The notes: generated by a model not told the origin, from the letters alone. A DNA stretch of 36,637 bases from Anaerolineales bacterium (GCA_036445875.1 JAZFRV010000227.1:1-36637), one strand, 5' to 3'; counted from the stretch's first letter, positions 1 through 8,580 are shown. Numbers and translations are program-made.

Positions 1-240
1 GAAAATATTGGGATTGGCCTCTATGTAATAAAAGGAACCTGCCCAGAGGGAACCCGATCAGGATCCGAAGAAGGAGAATTGGAATGGGTACCTTTCGGCG
101 AGGTTCTGAAAAAAAACCTGGTAGAAGATCTGCCGATTCTGCTTCCCAGGGTAATGGTTCAATCCCCGGGTGATGCTCCTTTCTCTGCTCACTATCAATA
201 CAACCAGCAAGGAAAATTAGACGTTCGTTTTGGTGATTAA
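1..240 (+). CDS. NUDIX (MutT-like) hydrolase, C-terminal fragment; 5' end lies outside the window
   Basis: Frame 1 is open from the window edge to TAA at 238-240. The translation ...GTCPEGTRSGSEEGELEWVPFGEVLKKNLVEDLPILLPRV... resembles the region downstream of the Nudix box in MutT-type proteins. It is absent from the ORF track because it has no start codon in the window. Confidence 0.45.
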   Translation, partial: ENIGIGLYVIKGTCPEGTRSGSEEGELEWVPFGEVLKKNLVEDLPILLPRVMVQSPGDAPFSAHYQYNQQGKLDVRFGD

Positions 241-249
241 CAGGGTTAG

Positions 250-290
250 TTTCAGAAAACGGCATCTTTCCAGGATCCCGTTTCCTGAAA
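250..290. terminator. Hairpin between convergent genes (13-bp stem, one A.C mismatch)
   Basis: TTTCAGAAAACGG (250-262) pairs with CCGTTTCCTGAAA (278-290) across a 15-nt loop. It lies between the NUDIX stop (240) and the rsmD stop (317). There is no clean U-tract on either side, so terminator function is only suggested by position. Confidence 0.4.
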
Positions 291-316
291 AATCTAGTAT
301 ATCCAAGCCAAAAATG

Positions 317-901
317 TTATTTATCCTGACTTATCTCAACCTCATCAGCCACCATATAAAAGATCAATTCAGTACTTCCGTAAGTTCGGCGGTCAAATAA
401 TCTTAAGTTCTCAAGGGTTTGCTCTTCATATTCCACCTTGTCAATTTGGACAATGACCCAGCTTTCATCTAGCAGCCAGTCGGGGTTCTGATCCAGTGCT
501 TTGAGGGTTTTTGACCAAATTTCTTTGAACTGCGGCGGGGCAATGTACACAAAATGGAATTTTTGATCTGCGATACCATCCAGGACTGAAAAGGCACTTT
601 TTTGCCAAACCTCTGACTGTTCTGATAAGCCAGTATGTTCCAGGTTGGCATTAATGGTTTTTATTGCCCCTTTCTGATTATCTACAAATCTCGCAAATGA
701 AGCCCCTCTGCTGAGCGCTTCTATACCTACACTGCCTGTTCCAGCATATAAATCTAACCAGGTAGACCCCAGAATATAGGGGGAGACAATATTAAATATA
801 GCTGCTTTTACTTTGGACATGATCGGTCTGGTTCCCCCATCTGGCACAGACAGTAGGTTAAAACCCTTTACTTTCCCCCCGATGACAGACAAATTTCCCA
901 T
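317..901 (-). CDS. rsmD: 16S rRNA (guanine966-N2)-methyltransferase, RsmD family
   Basis: 194 aa. SAM-binding motif DLYAGTGSVGIEALSRGA and an N-methylase-type motif YIAPPQ (variant of DPPF/Y). Size and layout are typical of RsmD. Starts 7 nt after the upstream gene. Confidence 0.8.
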   Translation of the reverse strand: MGNLSVIGGKVKGFNLLSVPDGGTRPIMSKVKAAIFNIVSPYILGSTWLDLYAGTGSVGIEALSRGASFARFVDNQKGAIKTINANLEHTGLSEQSEVWQKSAFSVLDGIADQKFHFVYIAPPQFKEIWSKTLKALDQNPDWLLDESWVIVQIDKVEYEEQTLENLRLFDRRTYGSTELIFYMVADEVEISQDK

Positions 902-907
902 CTCTAA

Positions 908-2110
908 TTAACCTTTTTTGGATTTCTTTTTGGGAATCACTTCGTTGATTGCTTTTTCAAGCAGTTCGGTTTCGGTACTTTGATCGGCGATATATTGATC
1001 AATGAAACTCGAACGCCGCAATCGGAGAGCCATGGGAGCTACAATACGGAGATCTTCGATGGTGACCTTCTCCCGGGCATCCGCCACAGCATGAGCCCTG
1101 GCAGCTTCAAATAATGTAATCTCTGCCCGAAGTGAGTCTAGCTCCAGATTTCCAATTAATTCCAATCCGGTTTGAGCGATTTTCTTTGGAAGTTCAATAT
1201 CCTGCATTTTCTCCCGGCTGGCTTGAATTTCCTCTTTGAACACCCGGGTTGCCCCCGCATATTGGGCAGAAAAAGCACGACGATTTTCTCGATAAGACCG
1301 GGTGCGCTGATATGCTTCCATTCGGTCCTCTTTGTTTTCCAATCCTTCTACAACCACTCGCAGCCCAAACCGGTCCATAATCTGTGGGCGTAAATGTCCT
1401 TCCTCAGGATTCATCGACCCGATCAGTGTAAAATTTGACCGGTAAGTCGCCGACATAACACCCCGCCGGACAGTATATTGCCCCTGGGCAGCGGCATCCA
1501 GAATAGCATCCACGATCTGGTCATTAAGCAAGTTTACTTCATCGACATATAGTAAATTTTGGTCTGCTCTGGACAATATTCCCCGTTTTAGCTGCACACG
1601 GGAATTTGCCTGCGCCCTGGGATCCAATCCTCCCACCACATCCTCCAGGGAGGCATTCAAGGGCAGTTCCACCAATCTTACTTTCTCCAACTTGGATAAT
1701 GGATCACCCTGGCCAAATTTTTTAGCACAATCGGGACAAACCGCATCCATTCCACCAGATTCAACATCCTCTTCCATGCATCCGTAATAACACAGGCTCC
1801 GCTTAATATCTGGTAATAAATCAACCAGGCTGCGCACTGCAGTCGATTTACCTGTACCACGAGGACCGACCAACAGCACACCCCCCAGGTTGGGATTTAA
1901 TAACGAGAGCAGCAGTGATAACTTCATTTGCTGTTGCCCTACCAGCGCTAAAAAAGGAAAAGGGATACTTTCCGCTAATCCTGCATCTTCCAAGTCATGA
2001 TCAATCACGGCCCGCAAGCCGGATGCGCGCTCCAGCAGCTCCTGAAGAGATCCGACTTTGGTAATCAGCTCTGGTTCATTCTCGTTGGAGGTTGTTTCTT
2101 TCTCATCCAT
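908..2110 (-). CDS. ChlI/BchI-like AAA+ ATPase (Mg-chelatase subunit I family) with a Cys4 insertion
   Basis: 400 aa. Walker A GPRGTGKST, Walker B LLYVDEVNLL, and the family-typical stretches FPFLALVGQQQMKLSLLL and MNPEEGHLRPQIMDRFGL. RBS AAGGA lies 6 nt upstream of the ATG. No ChlD- or ChlH-like partner in the window. Confidence 0.8.
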   Translation of the reverse strand: MDEKETTSNENEPELITKVGSLQELLERASGLRAVIDHDLEDAGLAESIPFPFLALVGQQQMKLSLLLSLLNPNLGGVLLVGPRGTGKSTAVRSLVDLLPDIKRSLCYYGCMEEDVESGGMDAVCPDCAKKFGQGDPLSKLEKVRLVELPLNASLEDVVGGLDPRAQANSRVQLKRGILSRADQNLLYVDEVNLLNDQIVDAILDAAAQGQYTVRRGVMSATYRSNFTLIGSMNPEEGHLRPQIMDRFGLRVVVEGLENKEDRMEAYQRTRSYRENRRAFSAQYAGATRVFKEEIQASREKMQDIELPKKIAQTGLELIGNLELDSLRAEITLFEAARAHAVADAREKVTIEDLRIVAPMALRLRRSSFIDQYIADQSTETELLEKAINEVIPKKKSKKG

Positions 2111-2403
2111 AGACTATCCTTGAATCTATTTACTGCTCTCATTATACTCAAATTGAATGTTTTTCTCTTGCGAAGAAATCAAGTTTTTCCCAGGATATCT
2201 GGTATAGGTGATTTTAATTATCGCAGGTGTCCTGGGGAGTATATCTGCTGATTGCAATCGCAAACTAGGTATTCACAGCTCCGGGAGGTACGCTTTGCGC
2301 TTCCTGGGGCGATTGGTTCTGATGGACATTAGAAGGAATACTGAGTATTCTGGTTATTTTTGCTTTGCGGAGAAAGTAATTTATTATACTAGGAACGAAT
2401 CAA

Positions 2404-2429
2404 AATCGCCCTTTTTTTTCAGGGCGATT
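2404..2429 (-). terminator. Rho-independent terminator candidate downstream of the GyrI-like gene
   Basis: AATCGCCCT (2404-2412) pairs with AGGGCGATT (2421-2429) across an 8-nt loop. On the minus strand the stem runs into TTTTGATT. It lies 14 nt past the stop at 2443. Confidence 0.6.
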
Positions 2430-2442
2430 CTCTTTTAACTTG

Positions 2443-3057
2443 CTAAACTTTTTTGACAGGCTGCCGCAGCACAGTCTTCATCTTCTCAGCTGCAACTCGC
2501 CGGGGATCGCTGAGATAGATCTCATGATGTTTGCCATTTTTAATAAATCCATTATCTGGAATAAAGGCACTGTGCATTTGAGCCAGAACGGGTCCCTCGT
2601 CATCGTATGAGCCAATGTGCATGATCTGCACCGAGAGTCTCTCAGAATAACGTTCCAGCCGGACTTGATTCAGCGAAGAGGGATTTTTCGCCTGGCGCAC
2701 TTGCTTGATAGCTTCATCGAAGATTTCAACGCTGATCCACTCCGGTGTCATGATCATCATCGTCCAATCCCATTGGGATTTCTCGCGGGTGAGGAAAGTC
2801 GTCATGTCTTCTGCCCACCACAGCCCTTCCAACGGGGGGACAGTGTAATCTTTTTCCAAAGTCTTTTTACTGATGAATTTCATCTTGTAGGCCACCGCGT
2901 AGAGTGCCTCAATCGCATCTTTATATTCCTGGGCGGTATTGGGATCGCCGTGTCCATCGACCATAACAAACTGCATCTCAGGCACATCCACGATCACAAA
3001 TTCTTTCGGTGGAATATAAAATTGTTTTAATGTTTTTTTGAAATCAACTTTAGACAT
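2443..3057 (-). CDS. GyrI-like small-molecule-binding domain protein
   Basis: 204 aa. N-terminus FVIVDVPEMQFVMVDGHGDPNT...EALYAVAYKMKF and C-terminus MHIGSYDDEG...HHEIYLSDPRR match the duplicated beta-alpha-beta-beta GyrI-like/SOUL-type fold family. Lies immediately downstream of the PadR regulator. Confidence 0.7.
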   Translation of the reverse strand: MSKVDFKKTLKQFYIPPKEFVIVDVPEMQFVMVDGHGDPNTAQEYKDAIEALYAVAYKMKFISKKTLEKDYTVPPLEGLWWAEDMTTFLTREKSQWDWTMMIMTPEWISVEIFDEAIKQVRQAKNPSSLNQVRLERYSERLSVQIMHIGSYDDEGPVLAQMHSAFIPDNGFIKNGKHHEIYLSDPRRVAAEKMKTVLRQPVKKV

Positions 3058-3104
3058 TTAATATTCTCCTTATTTATCAAATAGTAGGTCAAAATGAATG
3101 ATTG

Positions 3105-3650
3105 TTAGATATTTTCATCCATTTGTTTTTCTCCCATTTTTCGAATAAACCTTTCAACCCAATTTTTTTCAGCACCGAGCATTTCCAGGCTGTAATCAAA
3201 AAGTATTTCTACATGATCCGGTAGAGGCCGTTGGGACTCAGCTTGCCCCGCGACATCTCCTAACCTTTTAGCCAACCCTTTGCGATAGGATCGCAGCGCA
3301 CCGAGAGCTTGCTCTTGAGATAAGAGGGGCAGGTTCGCAATGCCCAGTAAAACCGCTGGGTAGTTTTGTTTTGGTTGGGAGAGAGCCTCCAAGGTGGCTT
3401 TACTTAAGGCTTCACGCCCCTCGGCAGTGATTTGATAAACCCGCCGTCTCGATCCGCGTCCCTGGGTGGGTATGAGCTGACTCTCAACCAGTCCAGCTTT
3501 TTCCAGTTTATTAAGCAAATAATAGATCGAGGAGAAGCCGATCTCAGTCCACTCCCGCATGCCGCGCTTTTCAATGATTTGTTCAATCTCGTACCCATGA
3601 CGGGGAGTTTCAGAAATAAGGCTGAGGATAGCTAATTCTGCGTTGGTCAT
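3105..3650 (-). CDS. PadR family transcriptional regulator
   Basis: 181 aa. Winged-HTH signature AILSLISETPRHGYEIEQIIEKRGMREWTEIGFSSIYYLLNKLEKAGLVES followed by a helical C-terminal domain. Confidence 0.85.
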   Translation of the reverse strand: MTNAELAILSLISETPRHGYEIEQIIEKRGMREWTEIGFSSIYYLLNKLEKAGLVESQLIPTQGRGSRRRVYQITAEGREALSKATLEALSQPKQNYPAVLLGIANLPLLSQEQALGALRSYRKGLAKRLGDVAGQAESQRPLPDHVEILFDYSLEMLGAEKNWVERFIRKMGEKQMDENI

Positions 3651-3664
3651 TGTTTACCTTTGTA

Positions 3665-3706
3665 TTATTCTAGTGCTAGAATAATCGATATTGTTATTTA
3701 AGTCAA
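3665..3706 (-). promoter_or_regulatory. Promoter of the PadR operon with an overlapping perfect palindrome (putative PadR operator)
   Basis: On the minus strand: TTGACT (3701-3706), 17-nt spacer, TATTCT (3678-3683). The perfect inverted repeat TTATTCTAG-nn-CTAGAATAA (3665-3684) covers the -10 box and the expected transcription start. Confidence 0.55.
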
Positions 3707-3841
3707 GCGATTAAGCACAAAAATCAAATCGCATTCTAAACAAAATTTACTCAAGCGCGAGAGCATCACCTTTGCTATCTTGCCGTCCTCTGTTATCTAG
3801 CCCCGGTATTTGGCGGTGGCAATGGAGATAGGTTAAGTAAA

Positions 3842-3866
3842 CAATCCACCGGGTAAGAGTGGATTG
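3842..3866. repeat. Hairpin copy 1 (CAATCCAC-N9-GTGGATTG) in an ORF-free spacer
   Basis: 8-bp stem. The core ATCCACC-N7-AGTGGATT is identical in its arms to the hairpin at 3991-4017, but the loop differs. Confidence 0.5.
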
Positions 3867-3990
3867 ATTGAGTATCATCAAACTGCCTGTCTGACATATT
3901 TCGAGTACCGGTAATTTCCCAAGGTTAGTGAAACATGATCCCGGAGAGGAAAACTATACTTCTGAGCGATACGCAGGATGAGTATAAGTA

Positions 3991-4017
3991 AAAATCCACC
4001 CTACTGGAGTGGATTTT
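3991..4017 (-). terminator. Hairpin copy 2; probable terminator of the UXS-GtrA operon
   Basis: AAAATCCAC (3991-3999) pairs with GTGGATTTT (4009-4017). On the minus strand the stem ends in a T run (GTGGATTTTTAC). It lies 65 nt past the GtrA stop at 4082. Confidence 0.5.
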
Positions 4018-4081
4018 CTTATGGGTGAAATATTAATTACAAAGTATTTTGGGGATACTGACCTAGAATACAGATTTATAT

Positions 4082-4552
4082 TTAATCCACGTCATTATAA
4101 GTCCAGACCCGATTGATAAAAAAGTTCCAGAACATCACAACTACAACAGCAATTCCGAGAGCAAAAGTATAACCCAACCTGTCAGCAGTCACAAATCCTA
4201 TTGGAAGGAACTGGATTTGTGAAAACAATCTTCGAAATGGGTCATCCAGTCCTGCAAAGATCGGTGTCCTGATTCCTAATCCAACAATATTAACCATAAA
4301 AAAAGTAGCCAGCTGATGGGTTAATGGCTTCGACCTGGAATCAGGATAAGTCCAAAATCGATTCCAGATAAAATTACTGGTAATTGCTGCAGTAAAGGAA
4401 AATACCTGGGACAAAATCGGTGAGATTCCTATTAAACTCATCATCAAATGGAAAGTACCAAAATCGACCAGGGCTCCAAAAGCACCTACCACACTGAATT
4501 TCAGGAATCTTTTCCGTTCCCGGGGGTTCTTTAACACGCTTTTAGGATTCAT
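4082..4552 (-). CDS. GtrA family membrane protein (polysaccharide/glycolipid modification)
   Basis: 156 aa with four predicted TM helices. The N-terminal motif FLKFSVVGAFGALVDFGTFHL is typical of the GtrA-like family. Starts 7 nt downstream of the UXS stop. Confidence 0.75.
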   Translation of the reverse strand: MNPKSVLKNPRERKRFLKFSVVGAFGALVDFGTFHLMMSLIGISPILSQVFSFTAAITSNFIWNRFWTYPDSRSKPLTHQLATFFMVNIVGLGIRTPIFAGLDDPFRRLFSQIQFLPIGFVTADRLGYTFALGIAVVVVMFWNFFINRVWTYNDVD

Positions 4553-4558
4553 AAAGAA

Positions 4559-5512
4559 TTAAATATTTTCCTGGAAAAAAGGTAGGGTCATCTTTAAGCC
4601 ATCTTCGAGATCGATGGTTGGTTTCCAACCTAATAGATCCCGGGCCCTGGTGATATCTGGACGCCTGCGCTGGGGATCTCCTTCTCCCCGTTTATCAGGC
4701 ATGAAAACTAATTCACCTGTATTTCCTAAAAGACTATTGATGATATCGGCCAGCTCCAGGATTGTTTTCTCATCCGGATTACCCAGGTTGACAGGCAGGT
4801 GTTCATCAGAGAGCAGCAAACGGTAAATACCATCAATTAAGTCATCAACATAACAAAAACTGCGGGTTTGGGAGCCATCACCATAGATTGTAAGCGGTTC
4901 CCCATTAAGTGCTTGTTTGATGAAATTAGGAACAGCTCTGCCATCATCAAGGCGCATTCGGGATCCGTAGGTATTAAAAATACGAACTATTCGGGTATCA
5001 ATTTCATGATAACGGTGATATGCCAGCGTTAATGCCTCTGCAAAACGTTTTGCCTCATCATAAACAGACCGCTCACCAATAGGATTCACATGCCCCCAGT
5101 AAGTTTCTGGTTGGGGGTGAATTTGTGGATCACCGTAAATTTCACTTGTTGAAGCCAGTAAAAACTTGGCATCATAAGCCCTTGCGACTCCCAGGGAATT
5201 TAATGTCCCTAGGGCTCCAGCTTTCATGGTTTGAATAGGTAGATTTACATATCCATAAGGAGAATTTGGGTTGGGAGATGCAGGAGAAGCAAAATGTAAT
5301 ACCGCGTCCACCCCTCCCTCAGGAATCTCAATGAAGATCGAAACATCATGCTCAATAAATGTAAATTCTTTCAGATCATTCAGATGAGCCAGATTTTCAG
5401 CCCTTCCGGTAATGAAGTTATCCATCCCAATCACATTATGACCCTCCTTCAACAATCGGTCACATAAATGTGATCCCAAAAAGCCTGCTGCTCCCGTCAC
5501 CAGAATCCTCAT
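4559..5512 (-). CDS. UDP-glucuronate decarboxylase (UDP-xylose synthase), extended SDR family
   Basis: NAD motif [16 protein letters not shown], catalytic region STSEIYG...YDEAKR, and C-terminus [18 protein letters not shown] moved the start to Met17 of the track ORF (ATG at 5512). It has an AGGAG RBS 6 nt upstream and avoids overlapping the upstream gene's 3' end. Confidence 0.8.
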   Translation of the reverse strand: MRILVTGAAGFLGSHLCDRLLKEGHNVIGMDNFITGRAENLAHLNDLKEFTFIEHDVSIFIEIPEGGVDAVLHFASPASPNPNSPYGYVNLPIQTMKAGALGTLNSLGVARAYDAKFLLASTSEIYGDPQIHPQPETYWGHVNPIGERSVYDEAKRFAEALTLAYHRYHEIDTRIVRIFNTYGSRMRLDDGRAVPNFIKQALNGEPLTIYGDGSQTRSFCYVDDLIDGIYRLLLSDEHLPVNLGNPDEKTILELADIINSLLGNTGELVFMPDKRGEGDPQRRRPDITRARDLLGWKPTIDLEDGLKMTLPFFQENI

Positions 5513-5531
5513 ATGTTCTCCTTCTACGTCA

Positions 5532-7184
5532 TTACCAATCCAATCCCTGTATGCTGCCATCTCCAGTTACCTGCCAAAAATCGCCTGTTTCCTGGGAGAG
5601 AATCCAGATATTTCCTTCATAGATCACTGCCAAAGGATAACCTGAGCCTCCTTCAATTTCTTCCGGAGACCAGGCGCCCCAATCCCTTGAAGGCTGCAGA
5701 CCGGGTTTATCCTGGGTTGGGAAAATCAGGTGTTGATTGGACCCATCTCGATCCATCAAAAATACCCGGTAATTACTGGTTGCGCTTTGCTCCGGAAATA
5801 CTGCTTGCAGGTAGGCGACCTGGAAAGAGGCTTCACCAGAGGGTTTTTCCTGGATAGGTGAAGGCAGCGGGTAGCTGAACATACCAACATCATGAACAAT
5901 TGTCCTTGCGCCGCCACCTGTGAGAGGAATCGCCACTAAATCAAAAACGGGGGATTCCTCAGTGGATAAATTTCCTTCCTGGGCTGTGTGATCTACCGAA
6001 TATATGACGTTACCCAAGGGTCCAATTCCAAGTCCGGGCATCCAGGCCCAATCTCCCTGGGCTTTATAAGGAATGATCTCCATGATTACCTGTTTTTCCT
6101 GATCTTCGGTATTGATGATACCAATCTGGTCTGGACTTGCATACGCAAGTAAATCTCCCCCAGGAGAGTATTGAAAATCAGTTCCCCACCAGCCATATAC
6201 GCCGCCGTAGTTGGTATCCTGCAAAATATCTACTGGAGCAGTCCAGCCATTTACGCTGAATCTCTTTATTACCAGGTCATTATTCGCTTGCCAGCCTGGA
6301 GCAGATAGTCGGGGTTCCACCGATGAAAAAGCAAATATCTGTTCCATTCCAGGAACCCAGCCCGCATAGTGAATCACATTTTCAGTATCCAATTCAACCA
6401 GGAGATCACCGTAAGAGTTTACCTCAACAGCCCAGAGGGAGTTGATAATATCTTCATCCTCTTCAGTCCTGGTGAAAAGAAGCCAATTCCCATCGCTTGA
6501 GAGTTGGAAAATCCTTCCGTCTAGATCCCCGGTAGAGACTATCAGAAATCGATTTGCCGTTGATTGTTCCATCATCCAGGCATTTCCATTAGATATATAT
6601 ACCAGGGGGCTGGGAAGAGAAATCGGGGCAATCGATGATTGAACTCCAACCAGGATTATTTCATCCACAGCGCCTTCAAGTTCCAGGCTGCTGACTTCTT
6701 CGAATGTTATTTCCAACCCATTCTCAAAAACCCGCACATATGCAACTTCCTTAAGCCCATTTTTTCCTGCCTGGAGCAGTTTTTCCTGTCCTGCAGGCAG
6801 GTTTTCTGTCGGTTGGCGGATTACCTGAAATGGAATTATTACTTGCTCAGTTTCAATAATTTCTTCTACGCGGATCACCTGGATTGCTGCATCCTCAGTT
6901 AACGAAACAACCAGGGCTGGTTCCGCGCGATCTTTCCCGGCCAGTGTGATTCCGGCTAAATCCAGGGCGGCTTGCACTGAGCTTCCAGCTGGGATTGTGA
7001 CAGTCTCGATCTGACCATCCACTTCTATCTGGACAGAAATATCTTCTTGAGATGTTGGTGGCGGTGGGGATGAGGAACAGGCAGATCCCACCAGGATCAA
7101 GATCGAGGCAATCAGTACGACTTTAATAAAATGGTATAATCTCATGACAGAAATCGGCATTGTATCAACACAATAAAGAGGCAA
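5532..7184 (-). CDS. Secreted lipoprotein: DUF348-like plus G5 domain, then a TolB/WD40-like beta-propeller
   Basis: Signal peptide and lipobox-like [10 protein letters not shown]5-like block [42 protein letters not shown]. The C-terminal 350 aa are rich in short beta-strand/Gly-Asp/Trp repeats typical of propellers. The start is uncertain: TTG at 7184 with GGAGG upstream, or ATG at 7160 or 7145. Confidence 0.6.
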   Translation of the reverse strand: MPLYCVDTMPISVMRLYHFIKVVLIASILILVGSACSSSPPPPTSQEDISVQIEVDGQIETVTIPAGSSVQAALDLAGITLAGKDRAEPALVVSLTEDAAIQVIRVEEIIETEQVIIPFQVIRQPTENLPAGQEKLLQAGKNGLKEVAYVRVFENGLEITFEEVSSLELEGAVDEIILVGVQSSIAPISLPSPLVYISNGNAWMMEQSTANRFLIVSTGDLDGRIFQLSSDGNWLLFTRTEEDEDIINSLWAVEVNSYGDLLVELDTENVIHYAGWVPGMEQIFAFSSVEPRLSAPGWQANNDLVIKRFSVNGWTAPVDILQDTNYGGVYGWWGTDFQYSPGGDLLAYASPDQIGIINTEDQEKQVIMEIIPYKAQGDWAWMPGLGIGPLGNVIYSVDHTAQEGNLSTEESPVFDLVAIPLTGGGARTIVHDVGMFSYPLPSPIQEKPSGEASFQVAYLQAVFPEQSATSNYRVFLMDRDGSNQHLIFPTQDKPGLQPSRDWGAWSPEEIEGGSGYPLAVIYEGNIWILSQETGDFWQVTGDGSIQGLDW

Positions 7185-7219
7185 AAACCTCCGGGATCAT
7201 TCTAATTCCAGATTATAGC

Positions 7220-7798
7220 ATGTCAGAAGAAAAATACTCAGATTCGGATCAGAAACAACCCCTTGACTTAACGGCTTTGGTAGAAGCCATTCTTTTTGTA
7301 TCCCCGGAACCCCTCAACGCCAAACAAATAGGGACTATCCTGGAAGTAACTCCAAGGGTAGTAAAAAATGCTTTTTTAGAGCTTGATGAACTCTATCACA
7401 AACGGGGTATTCGACTCCAGCACCACAACGGAAAAGTCCAGATTACTTCCGCGCCTGAAGCTGCCCAGATCATTGAAGGTGTGCTCGAATTAGAGACCAC
7501 GAGCACACTCAGTCAGGCAGCACTGGAAACACTCTCCATTGTTGCTTATCAACAGCCAATTACCAGGCCCCTAATCGACTCAATCCGGGGCGTAAACAGT
7601 GATGGTGTTTTGCGTACTTTATTGAGTAAGGGATTGATTGATGATGTCGGTCGAGCAGAAGGTCCAGGTCGACCTATCCTTTACAGCACAACCACGGAAT
7701 TCCTAAAATATTTTGGGTTGGCTTCCTATGATGAACTACCACCTCTGGAATTTGAAGAACATCAGGAATCAACCGACCCTCGGGTGTTAAAGGGTTAA
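7220..7798 (+). CDS. scpB: Segregation and condensation protein B
   Basis: LVEAILFVSPEPL...IGTIL...YQQPITRPLIDSIRGVNSDGVLRTLLSKGLI...GRAEGPGRPILYSTTTEFLKYFGL is the canonical tandem winged-helix ScpB signature. I prefer the start at 7220 (MSEEKY...). The track start at 7160 would overlap the divergent gene. Confidence 0.85.
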   Translation: MSEEKYSDSDQKQPLDLTALVEAILFVSPEPLNAKQIGTILEVTPRVVKNAFLELDELYHKRGIRLQHHNGKVQITSAPEAAQIIEGVLELETTSTLSQAALETLSIVAYQQPITRPLIDSIRGVNSDGVLRTLLSKGLIDDVGRAEGPGRPILYSTTTEFLKYFGLASYDELPPLEFEEHQESTDPRVLKG

Positions 7799-7852
7799 TC
7801 AAAGAAACATCAATGATCCAGCATCCCCTCCTGCTAGACAGCATTCACCAGT

Positions 7853-8569
7853 ATGAAAACTAGAATCCAAAAAATCCTCGCTCAAGCTGGATATGGATCC
7901 CGCCGTAACTGTGAAATTCTAATCAGTGAGGGACGGGTGAAAGTAAATGATTCAACGGCTTCTCTGGGCATGAAAGCCGATCCAGATCAGGATGAGATTT
8001 CAGTCGATGGAAGATCTATACCAGTGCCTGAAAAACAGCGGTACATCCTTCTTCATAAACCGAAAGGTGTTCTTTCCACAGTCAGTTCTCCCGACAGCCG
8101 TATCACAGTCAGATCATTAATCAACCTACCCGGCCGATTGTATCCCGTTGGCCGGCTGGATTACACCAGTGAGGGGCTGATTATTATGACCAATGACGGG
8201 GAGCTCACTAATTTACTTACCCACCCGCGTTATGAACATGAGAAAGAATATCATGTTCTTGTTACCCGAAAACCTTCGGAAGAGCAGCTTAAAACCTGGA
8301 GAAAAGGGGTTGTCTTGGATGATAAGAAACGCACAATGCCAGCAAAAGTTTGGATTGAAAAACAAGATACTGACGGAACCTGGCTTGGCGTTATACTTAA
8401 GGAAGGGAAAAACCGCCAGATCCACCGTATGGGAGATGCCACAGGTTTACCGGTTAAGCGGTTAATCAGGGTCAGGATCTCAAACCTGAATCTTGGTGAT
8501 ATAAAACCTGGTGATTGGCGGGACCTTACTAAAGCAGAGATCAATGGTTTGAAGGGTCTCAAAAAATAA
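7853..8569 (+). CDS. rluB: 23S rRNA pseudouridine synthase, RsuA/RluB family
   Basis: 238 aa. N-terminal S4 domain RIQKILAQAGYGSRRNCEILISEGRVKVN and the catalytic motif YPVGRLDYTSEGLIIMTNDGEL. Confidence 0.85.
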   Translation: MKTRIQKILAQAGYGSRRNCEILISEGRVKVNDSTASLGMKADPDQDEISVDGRSIPVPEKQRYILLHKPKGVLSTVSSPDSRITVRSLINLPGRLYPVGRLDYTSEGLIIMTNDGELTNLLTHPRYEHEKEYHVLVTRKPSEEQLKTWRKGVVLDDKKRTMPAKVWIEKQDTDGTWLGVILKEGKNRQIHRMGDATGLPVKRLIRVRISNLNLGDIKPGDWRDLTKAEINGLKGLKK

Positions 8570-8580
8570 AAGGGACAATT

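Noticed and set aside
2208-2438. 76-aa plus-strand ORF in the ChlI/GyrI spacer
   Set aside because: It has no RBS, its composition is odd (Phe/Arg/Leu-rich), and it runs through the terminator hairpin at 2404-2429. No motif is recognisable.
3879-3887. CAAACTGCC resembling part of the fluoride (crcB) riboswitch core
   Set aside because: Only this 9-mer matches. The flanking GGCGATG-type P1 and CTGATG...CCTAC elements are absent, and no plus-strand gene lies downstream.
3935-3991. 18-codon ORF (MIPERKTILLSDTQDEYK) followed by a hairpin
   Set aside because: It is too short and its RBS too weak to call as a gene from sequence alone. It is kept only as a note in the spacer finding.
5513-5560. 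N-terminal extensions in the ORF track: UXS 5513-5560, scpB 7160-7219, korA 29932-29988, korB 31399-31437, GntR 33924-33968
   Set aside because: In each case an internal ATG fits better. It has a proper RBS or start/stop coupling, or it follows a promoter that excludes the longer form. Each extension would also overlap a neighbouring gene or add non-conserved residues.
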